Assembly: GCF_016432865.1 (NCBI RefSeq)
Contig: NC_067404.1
Span: 83,328,001-83,392,000, forward strand
DNA length: 64,000 nt
Direction: 5' to 3'
Origin: Antechinus flavipes
Lineage: Eukaryota
A program made the position numbers and the translations under genes. Shown here piece by piece: positions 36,601 through 49,717 of the stretch. Position 1 is the stretch's first letter, and each line of letters begins with the position of its first letter. The notes under the pieces are model-generated. The model saw only the letters and a list, made by a program, of their open reading frames with translations. It was not told the DNA's origin and ran no database searches.

Positions 36601-39600
36601 CTGCCCAAGGACACCCGCGAACAGGACTTGTGGGCAGAGCTCACCCGACACCTTGATTTTCTTGATGAGCTTGCTGGTGCCATTGTTGATGTCGACATGG
36701 ATGGAGATCGGTTCCCCGTGGTAGTGAACCTGCAGTGGGGCGGGGGCACGGTCCATCACCAGGAAGGTGGAGTTGCCTTCCTTCTGGCAACGAGCCTCAC
36801 CCCAAATCCCACATCCCTGCTCCCGGCGCCTTTTGGGGGAAGGCAGAGAAGAAGGCCACAGACCTCCTTGTCCATCCAAGCTTCTAGCTTCAGAGGGTGG
36901 TCAGACAGAAGGAAGTGCCGAGTGGTCTCAGCCCGGGGCATGGGGCCCAGGTCCAGGGGGGCAAACTGCACCTTCCGAATGATTAGACGCACGGAGTTCC
37001 TGGGGGAGAGCAATTTCTAGCAGTGAGAGATTTTCCCCTACCCCCTAGCGACCTCTTCTTTTTCCTTCTCCAGGAACAAGGATACTCTGACACTTTTATT
37101 CTCTGCAAACATACCCCCAGTCTAAATCTCCAGAAGGAAGGACAGTTCACAGAGAAGGACTGGGTCTGTGGTGGCAGGGGAGGTCAACGGCCAGAGTAGC
37201 TACACTTATTTCCTGGCTGTGTACTGGGGAAGGGGAGGAAAACGAGCAGGTGAACTGTCCTTTGCTACCTGTGCAGTCTTGGACAAACGCCTTCTCTCTC
37301 TGGGCCTGAGTTTAAAAGGCAGGGGATTGACCTAGAAGACCCTTTGAGATCAAGACTTTTTGACCTCAAAAGGTCCTACCAGCTCCCAAGTCTAGCTCTA
37401 GGGTCCTCTGAGCCAGTACCTCTTGGAGATTTTCTCCTCTACATTCTCAGCATAGAAACTCTTCACTTCATAGTCCACTCCACAGGCCTGCAGGGGGTGA
37501 GAAAGGAAAGGAAACCTTCTGTCCCCGGTGTGAAGCTCTCCCCTCCTTTCATGAGCCACAGGTTCCCTTGGTTGATGCCCTCCGGTCCCCTGCAGGTCTT
37601 CTCCTACTGCTCATCCCACCGGGCCTATTCCCCGGGAAAGTAAGGTCTCACCTTATCCGCGTCCTCGGGTGCAGGCTGCAGGGTCACTGAACAGGGCAGA
37701 TTGGTGGGCAGCTGTCAGAGGGAGGGGGGTGTCAGAAGCAGACAGGGAGAACAGGGCCTTTCCGCTACTTTCCAGTGTGCTGTGTGTCCCCGCTTCCTCA
37801 GCCAGGCCGCCCTCCCTCTGCCAGCTTCTCTATTAGCTCTCAGTGCCCTCCTCGGGGGAGAGCCCGGTTCGGGCGCCCAGGGCTCCGGACTCACCTGGAA
37901 GGTGAAGGGATAGGCATTGTCACCGAGCTTGTGCAGCAGGCATTCTTGAAGGTTTGTGAGGGGCACTGGGGCTTGGGAGGGCTCTTTGGGGAACACTTGG
38001 AGGGCCTGCGTATGGAGGTCTTTCCGGAAGGTCAGACCGATCACATCCAGATCATCCCGGCCGTAACGGAAGGCACAAGTCAGCACCACAAACACTGTGG
38101 GAAAATGAGGAGGAGCTGCCATGGAGGGCTGGGCTGTGAGGTGGGCAGGAAGGGCAGCAAGCCCATCCTGAACAGGACCCTGGGGCCTGGCCCAGACTAA
38201 GCCTGTGCACAGGTAGGTGAGTAACTCAAAAACCCCAAGGAGGCCATCCAAAGGCGGCGAGGCATTTTAAATCAACGTTCAACTCATGGATTACTTTCCA
38301 AATCAAGTCCAGTTGGCTTTTAGAAGAGTTAATATAGAAACTAAAAAGCAAACACCCCCTCTCCCCGAAAACCTTGCAATCGCAATAATGGATTTAGAGG
38401 TAGAGTTCATTGTCTGTTCACTTATGGGACCGCTGCCACGTCCCCTAATATGTCTGAGTTTCAGTGAACTCTCTAGGTCTGGGCTGGCGGAGGGAGTTTC
38501 CAAACCCTCCAAATCCCAGGTCCTCGGTGTGCCAGAGCAATACAGAATGGGGGTTACAGTGATCTGGTTAGACCTCATCCTTCAACTAGTCTGGAAGCTC
38601 CTTGAAGCCAGGGACTCAGGGAGTTTGCTCTAGCTCCAGCACCTAGGACAGCGCCCGGCACTTTGGTCAGCATGGAATACATGCTTAGCAAATGACCCAA
38701 AGAGTCTAAGAATACAGATCATCTCGTCCTATCCTTTCATTTGAGATTAGAAAACTGAGGTCCAGAGAGGCCATGGGACTCGTAGAAGTGGAATAGAGAG
38801 GGAGAGGTGGAGCAGGGGGAGGGAGAGAGAGCCCAAGTGATGGAGAGGAATAAAGGAGACAAAGGGAGCCTCAGTAGACCGGGAGGGAGTGAAGAATTAG
38901 GCTGGAAGTAGGTAAACAGCAAGAGAAGAGAGGTGGTACAGTGGATAGAGAACAGGGTGTGGAGTTAGGATGTCCTGAATTCAAATCCAAATTGAGGGGT
39001 TTCCTACTGGGTGATCCTGGGCAAGTCACTTCACCTGTTTGCCTCAGTTTCCTCATCTGTAGAATAAGCTGGAGAAGGAAATGACAATCCACTCCAGTAT
39101 TTTGGCCAAGAAAACCCGTCACCGGGGTCATGGAAAGTTGGACACGACAAGGGTGGCCATTAGGTGGCACAGGAGGCCTGGCCAGAAGGTGTCACCTCCC
39201 TTGGGAATGCTTATTGTTTAGCAGCAAAACTTTCTTTTCTGGCTGGAAAACAACTTGTCCACTTTTTCTTCTTCAAACTTGAAAGTTTATTTTCCAAAGA
39301 AAAATTCATTCTGGAGGCCTCTTCTGAAGGCTTTGGGGTTTTTAATTTTGGAAACTTTAGCCTCTGAGCTGTTTGCTGCTCCAAGGCTGTCACTTAGCCT
39401 TAGCTCTCAGATAGGGAGGACGCATTGAGACCAATTTCCTTATTTTACAGAGGATGGAATTGAGGCAACCCAGAGAGGACTAGCAAGGGCAGAGAAGAGC
39501 TTCAGAAGCCCAGGCTCCTGCCTCCCCCCCCCCCAGGACACTCAGGCCTGTCTCTGGCCTCCCAGAAACACTTGGGCTACCTCTTCTTGCCATTGGGAAG

Positions 39601-40226
39601 AGCTTCATTTTAAATCAACTTTCAACTCATGGATTCCTTTCCAAATCAAGTCCGGTGGGCCTTTAGAAGAGTTAATATAGAAACTAAAAAGCAAATACCC
39701 CACCCCCCAACAGAAAACCTTCCCATTGCAGTTCTTAGTACTGAGCTCTCTGAGTGCTTGAGCACACACACTCATTTCTCAGCTCTTCAGTCTCTTCATC
39801 TGTGAAGTAAGGGTGCTGCACTAGGGGCGCTTTGAAGCATTTCTTGTCTCAATTCTTGGATTACATGGAGTGGCCCCCACCTCCAGCTCTTTCTGTTCTT
39901 AGTGCTGCTTGGAATGGGATAATGACATCCCAGAGACATTATTCTGAGTCTCAGCGATGGGATCAGAACATTCTCTCTTCCTACCTAATTACTTCAGGAC
40001 CTGGGGAAGGGCAGCATAGTTCCCCATCACAGACTTGAAAGATAGTCTGTGTGTCTGTCTCTGTCTCTCAGTCTCCGTCTGGCTCTGTCCCTCTTGTCCT
40101 CTCTGTCTCTGTCTCTTTCCTTCCCACTCCCCTGTCTCCCTCCTTTTCTCTTTGTATTTTTGTCTGTCTCTCTCCCTCCCCCCCCGTCCCTGTCTCTGTC
40201 TCTCTCCTTTTCTCTCTTTGTCTCTG

Positions 40227-40258
<32 letters not shown>

Positions 40259-40986
40259 CCATACTCACAAATTACCTTTTCGATCTTTCACGTTCTCAGG
40301 GTCAATCAGGACAACACCATCTGTGGAAGTGGATAAGAAGGCTTGGGGGAAAGTGCCCTTGGAAAGGACCCCCCTCCCCCCTCATTGGTTTCCTTCTTTT
40401 TTCATGTCTTTCCTTCAGGCTCCCTCCCCTCCACCCTATTGATGTCAAAATCTCTGGCCAATTGGATGTCACTGACCAATGGGTTCCACTGAATCTATAT
40501 GGTCCACAAAGTCCCGTTTTCCCAGGTAGACGGAAAGCTGTTAGAGGAAAAGCCTTCCTGTAATTCTCCAAGTCACCTCTGTGTTGATCCCCCTCCATAC
40601 CATGACCCTCTACCCAAATCTTCTGGAGATCCCTGTGATGTACATTGACCTCCATCCAAATGACCTTCAGCCTCTCACCTTCCCATTGGAGCAGGTCTTC
40701 TTAAACACCCTGAGGAGTAGGAGACAAAGAGTTGAGGGGGGGGGCACAAAGTTTTTGTGGAGGAAAAAGTTGCTGCTGGAATTAGGGGGAAATAAGTCAT
40801 GGGAATATACCTGGGAATGAGAAGGCAAGGCAAGGGCTGAGAGCAGGAAGGCTGGGAGTTAACCCTTTATACTCCCAGCAAGCATTGTTTTAGGGAGGAT
40901 TAGTGAAGTTTGGGGGGTATAGAGCATGAGGTGGTCATGGAATCACGGGGACTGTAAAGGATGTCTTACTTGGAGCTGGTGGCCAT
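32139..40986 (-). CDS. ARR3: Cone arrestin (arrestin-C / arrestin-4), 394 aa
   Basis: Coding exons (minus): 40986-40970, 40709-40679, 40537-40477, 40320-40276, 38094-37895, 37711-37652, 37487-37420, 36999-36864, 36729-36645, 36527-36455, 35309-35172, 33850-33767, 33455-33432, 33317-33265, 32767-32758 (10-nt microexon), 32238-32139; total 1185 nt. Translation [29 protein letters not shown]...RKVQFAP...[16 protein letters not shown]...EDIIIEEF. Confidence 0.95.
33599..33644. repeat. (TG)n microsatellite
   Basis: Perfect TG run of ~23 units in the ARR3 intron. Confidence 0.98.
35598..35850 (-). mobile_element. MAR1-like CORE-SINE in ARR3 intron
   Basis: TTTTCTTGGCAAAGATACC...AACTGAAGCAAACAGGGTGAAGTGACT. 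Confidence 0.7.
38927..39150 (+). mobile_element. MAR1-like CORE-SINE in ARR3 intron 5
   Basis: AGGTGGTACAGTGGATAGAG head, GGGCAAGTCACTT core, GGAGAAGGAAATGACAATCCACTCCAGTAT tail. Confidence 0.75.
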
Positions 40987-42910
40987 GGGCTCAGTTTAGG
41001 GGCACCTCTGAGGAGGGAGGCAAGAGGACACCCTGGAGTGGGAGGTGGAAGTCCTGATGTGGAGCTTGGTGTAAACTCGGGCAATTCCTTCTCTCTGGGC
41101 CTGTCTCCTGAGCTATAAAATGAAGGGGTTAGATGAGAGATCTCTGAGGTCCCTTCCAGCTCCAACACCTATGACCCTCGGAGAAAGGAGGGCTCAATAA
41201 GTTGGCTCCCTGACATCTCGATCCCCTCTACCAGCTCCTGACTCCCCACAGGACTCTGAGTGGTGTGGGTAAGGCAGACAGGCAACAGCAAAGCCGTTAC
41301 CTGGCACCCAAGAGATCTGTTTTCTTGCCTCCCCCTCCCTGACAGTCCTGGGCCCTTCTTCATCCCCCCCATTCTCCCTTACCTTTACATTATTATATGA
41401 TTTACATTACTCCCTATTTATATAGATATAGATATAAGTGTAGACACATATATACAAAGAATATTTATATACATACAAACACATATATCCAAAGAATATT
41501 TACATCCATGTACACATATGTATGTATTCAGGAAAAATATATGTACACTTTTTTTCTTATATTGGTGTGCAATATATTTTTGGAGAATGGCTGTATTAAT
41601 GAGCTGGAGTTCCCGAAGTTCCCGATTTTCAGCTCTCCGGTGATAGGAAAGTCCGGAGGACTTGGACTGAGTGGGCGTCCCCAGGTTTAGTCAGACCATA
41701 TATGGAAGAAAGCTAAAAGGGAGATCATGGCGTCTAAAAGGGAGAACATGATAGAGAGCTCATGTTCTCTAGGGGAGAACAGAAGTGAGGAGAATGAGTG
41801 GGGAGAATTGGATAGGACCAGAGAGAGCAAAAAGGGGAGAAGGGAAGAGGGAGTAGAGGAGAGAAGCAAGTAAAGGTTAGCACAGGTCTGCACCCCCGGA
41901 GCTTGAGGGCTGGTTTGCTAAATTCAAGAAGTCATCTGGAGAGCCGCCCTGTCCAGAGCTCTGTCCTCAGGGAGAGAGGCAGGGCTCTGACCCTGGTCAG
42001 GGGGAGAAGAAGACTCTTTTGGGCACCTGAGACAGAAGGACCCGGAACTAGAGCCAGCTCTGCGCTGCTGCCTGAGACCTCCGGCCCCAGGGCTTGGAGG
42101 AAGACCTGCCTCCCGGGCTGGATGGAGGCAGGCCTCAGTGCAGCTTCCTGCCACGGGCCCTCAGAGCTCCTCGGCAAGGCTACAAGCATCTTTTGGCTAC
42201 TGAGGAGGTGGAATGAGCAGCAAAGATCGGAGGCTCAGGGCCTTAGGCCGGGAAGGGACCTGAAGTTCTGATGATGTCGACCTGTTTGTTTCATAGATAA
42301 GGAAGCATGCAGAGGCCTACAAAGCAGAGGCAGTGGCTTGTCCAAAATCACCAAGAAGCAGGAAGAGACTGAGACTAGACTAGCACCCAGCTCTTCTTGA
42401 TGTGAAGCCCGTCGCTCATGCCCTTCTGCCATGTTCCCTCCCTAAGGGACTTCGGTTATTGGAGGCTGGGGGTCCCGGGTTCTTAAGTGGTAGTAAAAGA
42501 AGCGGGCCTGAAGGTTTTTCCCCCTCCCACCCTTTCAGTCCCCTCTCCTCATATCGCCATCCCAATGCGTGCCCTCTATCCCCAGCCCTATCATCTCACA
42601 CCTCCAAATCTCCCCAGCACCATGGGTGATGCTTGCTGGACCCTGGGGCTCTTCCTGCTGCCATTTTCCTGGGGGTGGAGGTGGGGATGTGGAGGGCTCT
42701 GTCGGCCTATGGCTAAGGGGCCTAGGGCCAGCCAACTCCCAGACTCTGCCACACAGGCTCACTTAGCTTGGGTATCAGCTGGCTCAACTGGAAGAGGGAC
42801 AATTTCCTCCCAGCACCCTCCCCCTTCCAAACGCCCTCGCTATGTAGGCTTGTCAGACACAAGTGGGCAGAGGGGATATGGGACAGAACTGGAAAGGCAG
42901 GAAATATTAC

Positions 42911-43110
42911 CTGGAGAGAAATATGAAAATCAGCCCAGCTCCTACTCTGCTTTCACTGCTCTTGGCCATGGTCCTTTTATAGCCCAGGCCCTTGGGAGGG
43001 GGCTTTGCCCGATTAGCTCTGGGGTGGGGGTGGGATGTATTGAAGTAGCACAGCCCCTAAGAGCTCAGGAAATAAGAGTTTGGAAAGCAGATTATAGACT
43101 AAGAGATTAG
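42911..43110 (-). promoter_or_regulatory. ARR3 photoreceptor promoter and probable non-coding exon 1
   Basis: Minus-strand TATAAAA (42975-42981), CRX/OTX-type TAATC cores (43011-43016, 43090-43095, 43105-43110), and a donor CAG|GTAATA at 42911 about 40 nt below the predicted TSS. Confidence 0.7.
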
Positions 43111-43257
43111 CTCCTAGTGGCAGGGAGTTGGCCAGGGAGATGGGGTTTTAGCGGCCCTCCTTCCCACGCCTCCCCAGTGCCCTATTTCAGGGTTCTCCAA
43201 GACTCCTTGGCAAGGCTCCTTCCCTTTTTTCTATCCACACATCTTAAGAAGATTCTG

Positions 43258-43997
43258 TACCCTTTGATCCAGTAGTGTTACTACTGGGCTTATACCCCAA
43301 AGAGATATTAAAGAAGGGAAAGGGACCTGGATGTGCCAAAATGTTTGTGGCAGCCCTGTTTGTGGTGGCTAGAAGCTGGAAAATGAATGGATGCCCATCC
43401 ATTGGAGAATGGTTGAGTAAATTGTGGTATATGAACGTTATGGAATATTATTGTTCTGTAACAAATGACCAGCAGGATGAATACAGAGAGGCTTGGGGAG
43501 ACTTACATGAACTGATGCTGAGTGAAATGAGCAGAACCAGGAGATCATTATACACTTCGACAAAGATATTGTATGAGGATGTATTCTGATGGAAGTGGAT
43601 TTCTTTGATAAAGAGAGCTTTAATTGATCAAAGATGGACAGAAGCAACTACACCCAAAGAAAGAACACTGGGAAATGAATATAAACTGCTTGCACTTTTG
43701 TTTTTCTTCCCGGGTTATTTTTACCTTCTGAATCCAATTCTCCCTGTGCAACAAGAGAATCGTTCGGTTCTGCAAACATAGATTGTATCTAGGATATACT
43801 GTGACCTATTTAACATGTATAGGACTGCTTGCCATCTGGGGGAGGGGGTGGAGGGAGGGAGGGAAAAGTCAGAACAGAAGTGAGTGCAAGGGATAATGCT
43901 GGAAAAAATTACCCTGGCAAGCATTCTATCAATAAAAAGTTATAATTATTTTAAAAAATAATAAAATAAAATAAAATTACATTAAATTTAAAAAAAA
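43258..43997 (+). mobile_element. 5'-truncated young L1 (ORF2 C-terminus + 3'UTR + A-tail) with 12-bp TSD
   Basis: ORF2 end (PFDPVVLLLGLYPKEI...GEWLSKLWYMNVMEYY), AATAAA and A-rich tail. TSD AAGAAGATTCTG at 43246-43257 and 43998-44009; the TT|AAGA target resembles the L1 endonuclease site. Confidence 0.9.
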
Positions 43998-44802
43998 AAG
44001 AAGATTCTGCCATGTCAGACTGGGTAGAAGAGGGAACGGGGCCCAATTTCTCTGATGCTGGGACCCAGGTGACATGTATAGTGGCAGGAGAGGGCAGACT
44101 GAGAGTCACACAGTTAGGAAGTGTTAAGTGTCTGAGATCAGATTTGAACTCAGGTCCTCCTGAATTCAGGGCTGGTGCTCTATCCACTGCACCACCTAGC
44201 TGCCCCTAGTTTCTCTTATCTAAAACCCACTTAGTAATTCCAACAACATCTGCCTCCCAGGGTGTTATAAAGACCAAGTGAGGTGGATGGATGGACGGAC
44301 AGATGGATGGACAGATGGATGGGCAGATATGTACATGCATGCATACATATTGATTGCTTTGGAAACTTTCAGTCAGCAGACCGATCGATTGATTGAAGCC
44401 CTAAAGTGCAAAGAGACGAGGGCCCGAGACAAAATCTTAGGGGACGAGACAGAATCTTAGGGGACGCTCATGCTTAGGGGGGCAGAAGATGGATCCACCA
44501 AAGGAAATTGAGTTCTGAGACAAATTGGAGAAGGAAGCCCAAGAGAGAGAGCAGTGTCGCCGAGGCTAGAGGAGGTCAAAAAGTATGTGGGCTGAGGAAG
44601 GAACATCTGATGGCAGGACCTTTGGTAACCTTGGAGACGGCCATTTTAAGAGAGTGGGAGAGCTGGCAGCCGAACTGCAAAGAATCAGGGAAGGAATAGG
44701 CAGTAAATGGAAGAGTCTGGCGTTTTTCTCTGGGCGTTTAGAAGTACAAGGCTGGTGAGATATGGGATCATAGTTTGAGGAATGGCAGAGGCAAGGGAAG
44801 GG

Positions 44803-44961
44803 TTTTGCTTTTGTTTTTGTGTTTTTACTGAGGTAATTGGGGGTAAGTGACTTGCCTAGGGTCACACAGCTGGGAAGTGTTACGTGTCTGAGGTCAAATT
44901 TGAACTCAGGTCCTCCTGACTTGAGGGCTGGTGCTCTATCCACTGTGCCACCTAGCTGCCC
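44803..44961 (-). mobile_element. WSINE1-like SINE (a second partial copy lies at ~44103-44206)
   Basis: Same head, core and A-rich tail as 22045-22191. Confidence 0.75.
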
Positions 44962-45647
44962 TAGGGAGGTTTTTTTTAAAGGATAGGATAGGATGTTTTC
45001 AAATATATCTATTTCTAAGGTATGTGTACATAGATGTTTGCATGTAAGTGTGTGTGAGTGTGTGTGGGAAAGACACAGAGAAAACACAGAGAGAGACACA
45101 CAGAGAGACAGAGAAGAAGGATGGAGCTGGAATAGGGGAGGAGAGCCTGGCCTTTTTCTCTCTGGAGCAGGTAGATTCTGGACTTTACAAGGCAGATCTA
45201 GGAGACCAGAGGACACCAGTTGGAGCACGGCCTTGGGGGTAGAAGGCCTCGGCACTGGCTCTTAGTTTGCAGCCTCCTTCTCCATCTGCCGGTCTCTGGG
45301 GCCCAGTTAAGCCTGTGTAAGTGACCCTAAGCAGCTCTAGTGCTTGGCCTGATAGAAACAGAGATTGAGGCTGGGGTTTATTCTTGGCCCTTTGACCTGC
45401 TTAGTTGCCCTCACCAGCCCTTCCCACCACAGAAGATGGATCTCTGATCTACCTCTGAGCTGACCTTAACCTGCTTTTCCCAATGGCTGGTGTAGGCCTG
45501 CAGGGCCAACCCAGCTGGGAGTAGGACATCTCTCTGTTCTTTTCATTTTGTAGAATTTCTTTTTGTGTTCCATTTTGAGTTCTGAGATGTCTCCCTCCCA
45601 TCCTTAGCCTGCGTGAAAGAAGGCTGACATTTGACACAATATTTATG

Positions 45648-45707
45648 CACACACAAACACACACACACACACACACACACACTCACTCACACACACTGAC
45701 ACACACA
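45648..45707. repeat. (CA)n microsatellite, interrupted
   Basis: CA run with a few interruptions. Confidence 0.9.
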
Positions 45708-46336
45708 GGTCCTCCATAGTTGATTTGAATGATCATATTACTCAGAATAGCTTAGCCGTCCACCACTATTCTTCGAACGATTTCAATCCCATGTACAACT
45801 TTCTCTTGGTTCTGTTCGCTTCACTCTGCATTATTATTTCATGCAAGTCTTGCCATGTTTTTCTCAACCAAGCTGCTCAGTAGTAGAGCTTTTGAACCCT
45901 ACCTCACCAGGGTCTTCTCTTCACCAGGTCCCAGATCCCCTGGTCTCCTCTCCTAGTACCGCCTTGACTAAACTAAAGGTGGCCAGGATGCATCTAGATG
46001 TCCCTGACTTCTTAAGTCTACACAAACCTGGTCCTGGAAACATCATGGGCTATTCAGAGACAATCAGAGACTCACATTCTCCCAGGACCCACAGGACAGT
46101 GGGATTGGATGCTAGATACATGTGGATTCAGGGAGGATGAGGCAGGGCTCTAGACAAATGCCAAGGAATCAAAATGAACTCAGTCCAAGGTCAGATCTTA
46201 GTGAAACTAGGGAATCTACCAATTTTTTTTGTACCCTTTCCTATCCTCTGCCTCACATTTCCCCCATAGATCCTCCAGGATCCACCCCCCCCCAACTTTG
46301 GATCATATGAACAGGTGCTAAGTGCATCATCTAAGC

Positions 46337-46526
46337 CAGGGGTCCTCAAACTTTTTAAATAGGGGGCCAGTTCACCGTCCCTCGGACTGTTGGAGGGCCG
46401 GACTACAGGAAAAACAAAACCTTTGTTTTGTGGGCCTTTAAATAAAGAAACTTTATAACCCTGGGTGAGGGGGATAAACGTCTCAGCTGCCACATCTGGC
46501 CCACGGCCGTAGTTTGAGGACCCCTC
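46337..46526. mobile_element. 190-bp non-autonomous hAT MITE, OC1/OposCharlie1-like
   Basis: TIRs CAGGGGTCCTCAAACT ... AGTTTGAGGACCCCTC (one terminal mismatch). Perfect 8-bp TSD ATCTAAGC at 46329-46336 and 46527-46534. Family assignment is from recalled terminal sequence. Confidence 0.85.
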
Positions 46527-46559
46527 ATCTAAGCCATTGGATGAAAACGTTAAATAGCA

Positions 46560-47260
46560 CAGAGTCAGAGACAGAGGAGCAAAGAGTGAATATATGAGAG
46601 AGATTATGAATGTGATTGGCAGTAGGACTTAGCAACTGATCCGGTGAGAAAAGGTGAGAGAGAATGAGGAATTGGGGATGATGTTTCACTTGTGAACCTG
46701 GGTGATTGGGAAGATGAAGGTACCTTTGAAAGTAGCAGGGAAATTTAGAAGATGGGGAAGTTTGGGGGTGGGAGGTAGGGAGTTTAGGTTTGGACATACT
46801 AAATTTGAGAAATCCATGGGAAATCCAGTTTGAGATATTCAAGAGGCAATTGGGGATGTGAGCTCAGCCAGGGGTTAAATAAGAATAAGAAGACAAGAGA
46901 CTGGAGAGAGGAGGATAGGGTAGAATTGACCTGATTCACCAAGGGATGGGAAATGGAGAAGAAAGTAGTCAGGGCAGGGGTGATAACCTGGAAAAGAATT
47001 GAGGAAACAGAGGGATTGGAGGTCATGATGAGTACAAAGAAGGGATTCAGGATCGGAAGGGAGAGGGAGATGTAGAATGACAGCAGACTCTGATAGGTAA
47101 GGGAATTTCAAGAGTTCGTTAACATAGAGGAACCCTTGGTGTTTATGGGCAAGATCATGGGTATGTCCATCTCTGTGTGTTGCTGAGATGGGATGGAGTG
47201 AATCGCTCAATCATGAGAAATTCTGAAGTTGAGGAACTGGGAGGTAAAGGTATGTGAGGG
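46560..47260 (-). mobile_element. Ancient L2 fragment
   Basis: Purine-rich antisense L2 signature (GAGTTTAGGTTTGGACATACTAAATTTGAG...AAGAGGCAATTGG). Confidence 0.5.
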
Positions 47261-47606
47261 ACTATCCATGTGTATGTTGAAGTCCCCTAGTGTGAGGACA
47301 AGAGTGGGGGACAAGAATACAAAACCAGCATAATTCCAAATTGATTTCTAGGATGGTGGGACTATTCACGATTTCAACAAAATACATCAGTGAGCTTGTC
47401 TTTCTGCAGTTACTACATTGGCTATTTCCATCTTTTGCCATTTTTGTTAACGTACTGGGTGTGAAATGAATCTTTAGAATTATTCTGATGTGCATTTCTC
47501 TTATTACTAGTGATTTGGAACATTCTTTCTTATGGCTGCTGAGTTCTTTTGAAAACTTTTTTTTATTATTATTATTATTTCTATTGGAAATGGCTTTGGG
47601 GCTTAT

Positions 47607-47820
47607 GTACTTGTTAGTTTCCTCTGTGTTTTGGAGAGTCTTGTTAGAGATATTGGCCACACTTTTTGTCATTGGAAGCTTCCCTTCTTAATCTAGCTGC
47701 TCTAACTTGGTTCATGCAAAATGTGGAAATGAATGGGATCAAAATGTCCTGTTGCCAATGAGGTGATTCAGACCATCTTGTGATGGAGAGAACCATCTAC
47801 ACCCAGAGAGGAGACCGTGG
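47607..47820 (+). repeat. 214-bp direct duplication, copy 1 (copy 2 at 50223-50436)
   Basis: Manual alignment shows 5 mismatches in 214 nt at an offset of 2616. Confidence 0.9.
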
Positions 47821-49717
47821 AAAAGGGAATCCCGTCCAAAATTACTAGGAAATATATGAACTATCTCTGAATCAATCTACTAAGACATACTCAGGATTTA
47901 TATGATTACAACTGCAAAGACTCTTTACAGAAATAAAGGAAGGCAAGCAATTGGATTGATGTTCGTGGCTTGTGGCCGGACCTTGCCAATATAATAAAAA
48001 ATGGCAATAGCATGCAAATGAATTGATAGGTTTTGTGGTATGCTAATCAAAGTTCCAAGGGGATTCTTTTTCAAGCTACATAAAATAATAACACAATTCA
48101 TTTGGAGGAACAAAAGGTGTAGAGTCAAGGAAAAGCATGAAAAAAAAAAAAAGAAACAAAGAGGACATGGCACTCCCAGATCTCAACTAGACCCAGACTA
48201 TTACAAAGTAGTAATCACTATGACAATTTAGTAGTGGTTTAAAAAGCAGAGAAGAAAATCTAAGTCTATTAGCATTTCCGTGATCTTTCAGATAAACAGG
48301 CCTGGCAGACAATGGAAATAAACTTAGTGGGGTCTAATGTGTTGATACCATGCTAGCATATTCTCTGTGGTCACTGCTTGCTTTTTAAAATGTTCACTAC
48401 TTAACTCTTTAATAGCACAAGTAATAATTTTACCAGCAATTGAAGTCAAGCTCACTGGCTTCCATTTTGTCAGCTTCAATAAATTCTGATTTTTGAAAAT
48501 CATTACATTAGCCTTTCTCCAGTTCTATAGCGTCTCCCCCGTTTCTCATAATATTTCAAAATTTGCTGTTGTCGCTCGGTAATCACACCTACGACTTTAT
48601 TCAGTTCCTCGGGCCTGGGGACTTGAGCTCATGGAAAACAATTTATTGCCCTCCTACTATTTCCCTACTTATCGGGGACATCAACTCTTCTTACTTAGTC
48701 CTTTCTGTTCTGTTCTTTCCACTCCAAAGATCTTTTCACTTGGCAGAGAAAAAAGAAGGAACGCAAGACTTAAAAGCTCTTTCTTATCTTTGTCATCAGC
48801 TATCTTGTCCCATCTTCTTCATTCCTGGCTCTAAATATTCTTTGATTTTCTTTTTCTCCACACGTTTTTATTGCCCTTAGCTCTCTGCTAACCTTTTCTT
48901 TTTACACAGTCATTTTCAGATACAAGAACCTACCCCCAAATAAGACTTCCATTCTAACAAAGGGAAAGAGGTCAGGAAAAGTGACTGTGTCTGACGATGG
49001 AGACAACATTCTGTATACAGAGCCTCATCTCTCTCCTTCAAGGTGGGGAGATGCTTCCTTATTCCTTTTCTGGGGCTCATATTGATTATTTTGATCACTC
49101 AGAGTTTGGCTTTGTTTTAATATTTTTTCCATTTATGTCGTAGTCATTTTGTAAGTTGTTTCTCCGGCTTGGCTCACCTAGCTCTTTATCAGTTTATGTA
49201 AGGATTCCTGTGCTTCTCTGAATTTATATTCATCTGTTTCTTAGAGCTCAGTAACATTTTTATTATATTCACATAGCACAACATGCTTGGTCTGTCCCTA
49301 GTCAATGGGCACTTACTTTGTTTTTAGCTCTTTGCTGCCATAAAAGTGTTACTATTAATATTTTTTTGTTTCTTCCTCAGGGGTACATGCCTAGCAGTAA
49401 GATCTCTACATCGAATAGTAGGCTGTATGGGGTGTTTGGAAGGACCAGAACCTCCAGGGTGAGGGCTTGCTGAACCCTCTTCAGGGCTGCTCATCCACCT
49501 TCGGTGTTCACCTGTTACCCAACTCTCACCTGTGGCTTCCAAGAAGCTATACCATGTGCGGTGGCAATACTCTGGTGAAACTATCTCTACAGACTGGCTA
49601 AACCAGGTTGAGGGTGACAGATAGACCTCAAACCCATTGGTGAGTTGGGGGGGAATATCTACCCCAAGTGTGTAAAGACTGCTGTCAGTAGAATGGGTGG
49701 ATGAAAACAATGATTTC

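Noticed and set aside
37940-37942. ARR3 Cys in LQECLL where many arrestins have Arg
   Set aside because: This position varies among arrestins (Ser in rod arrestin as recalled), so there is no clear functional claim.
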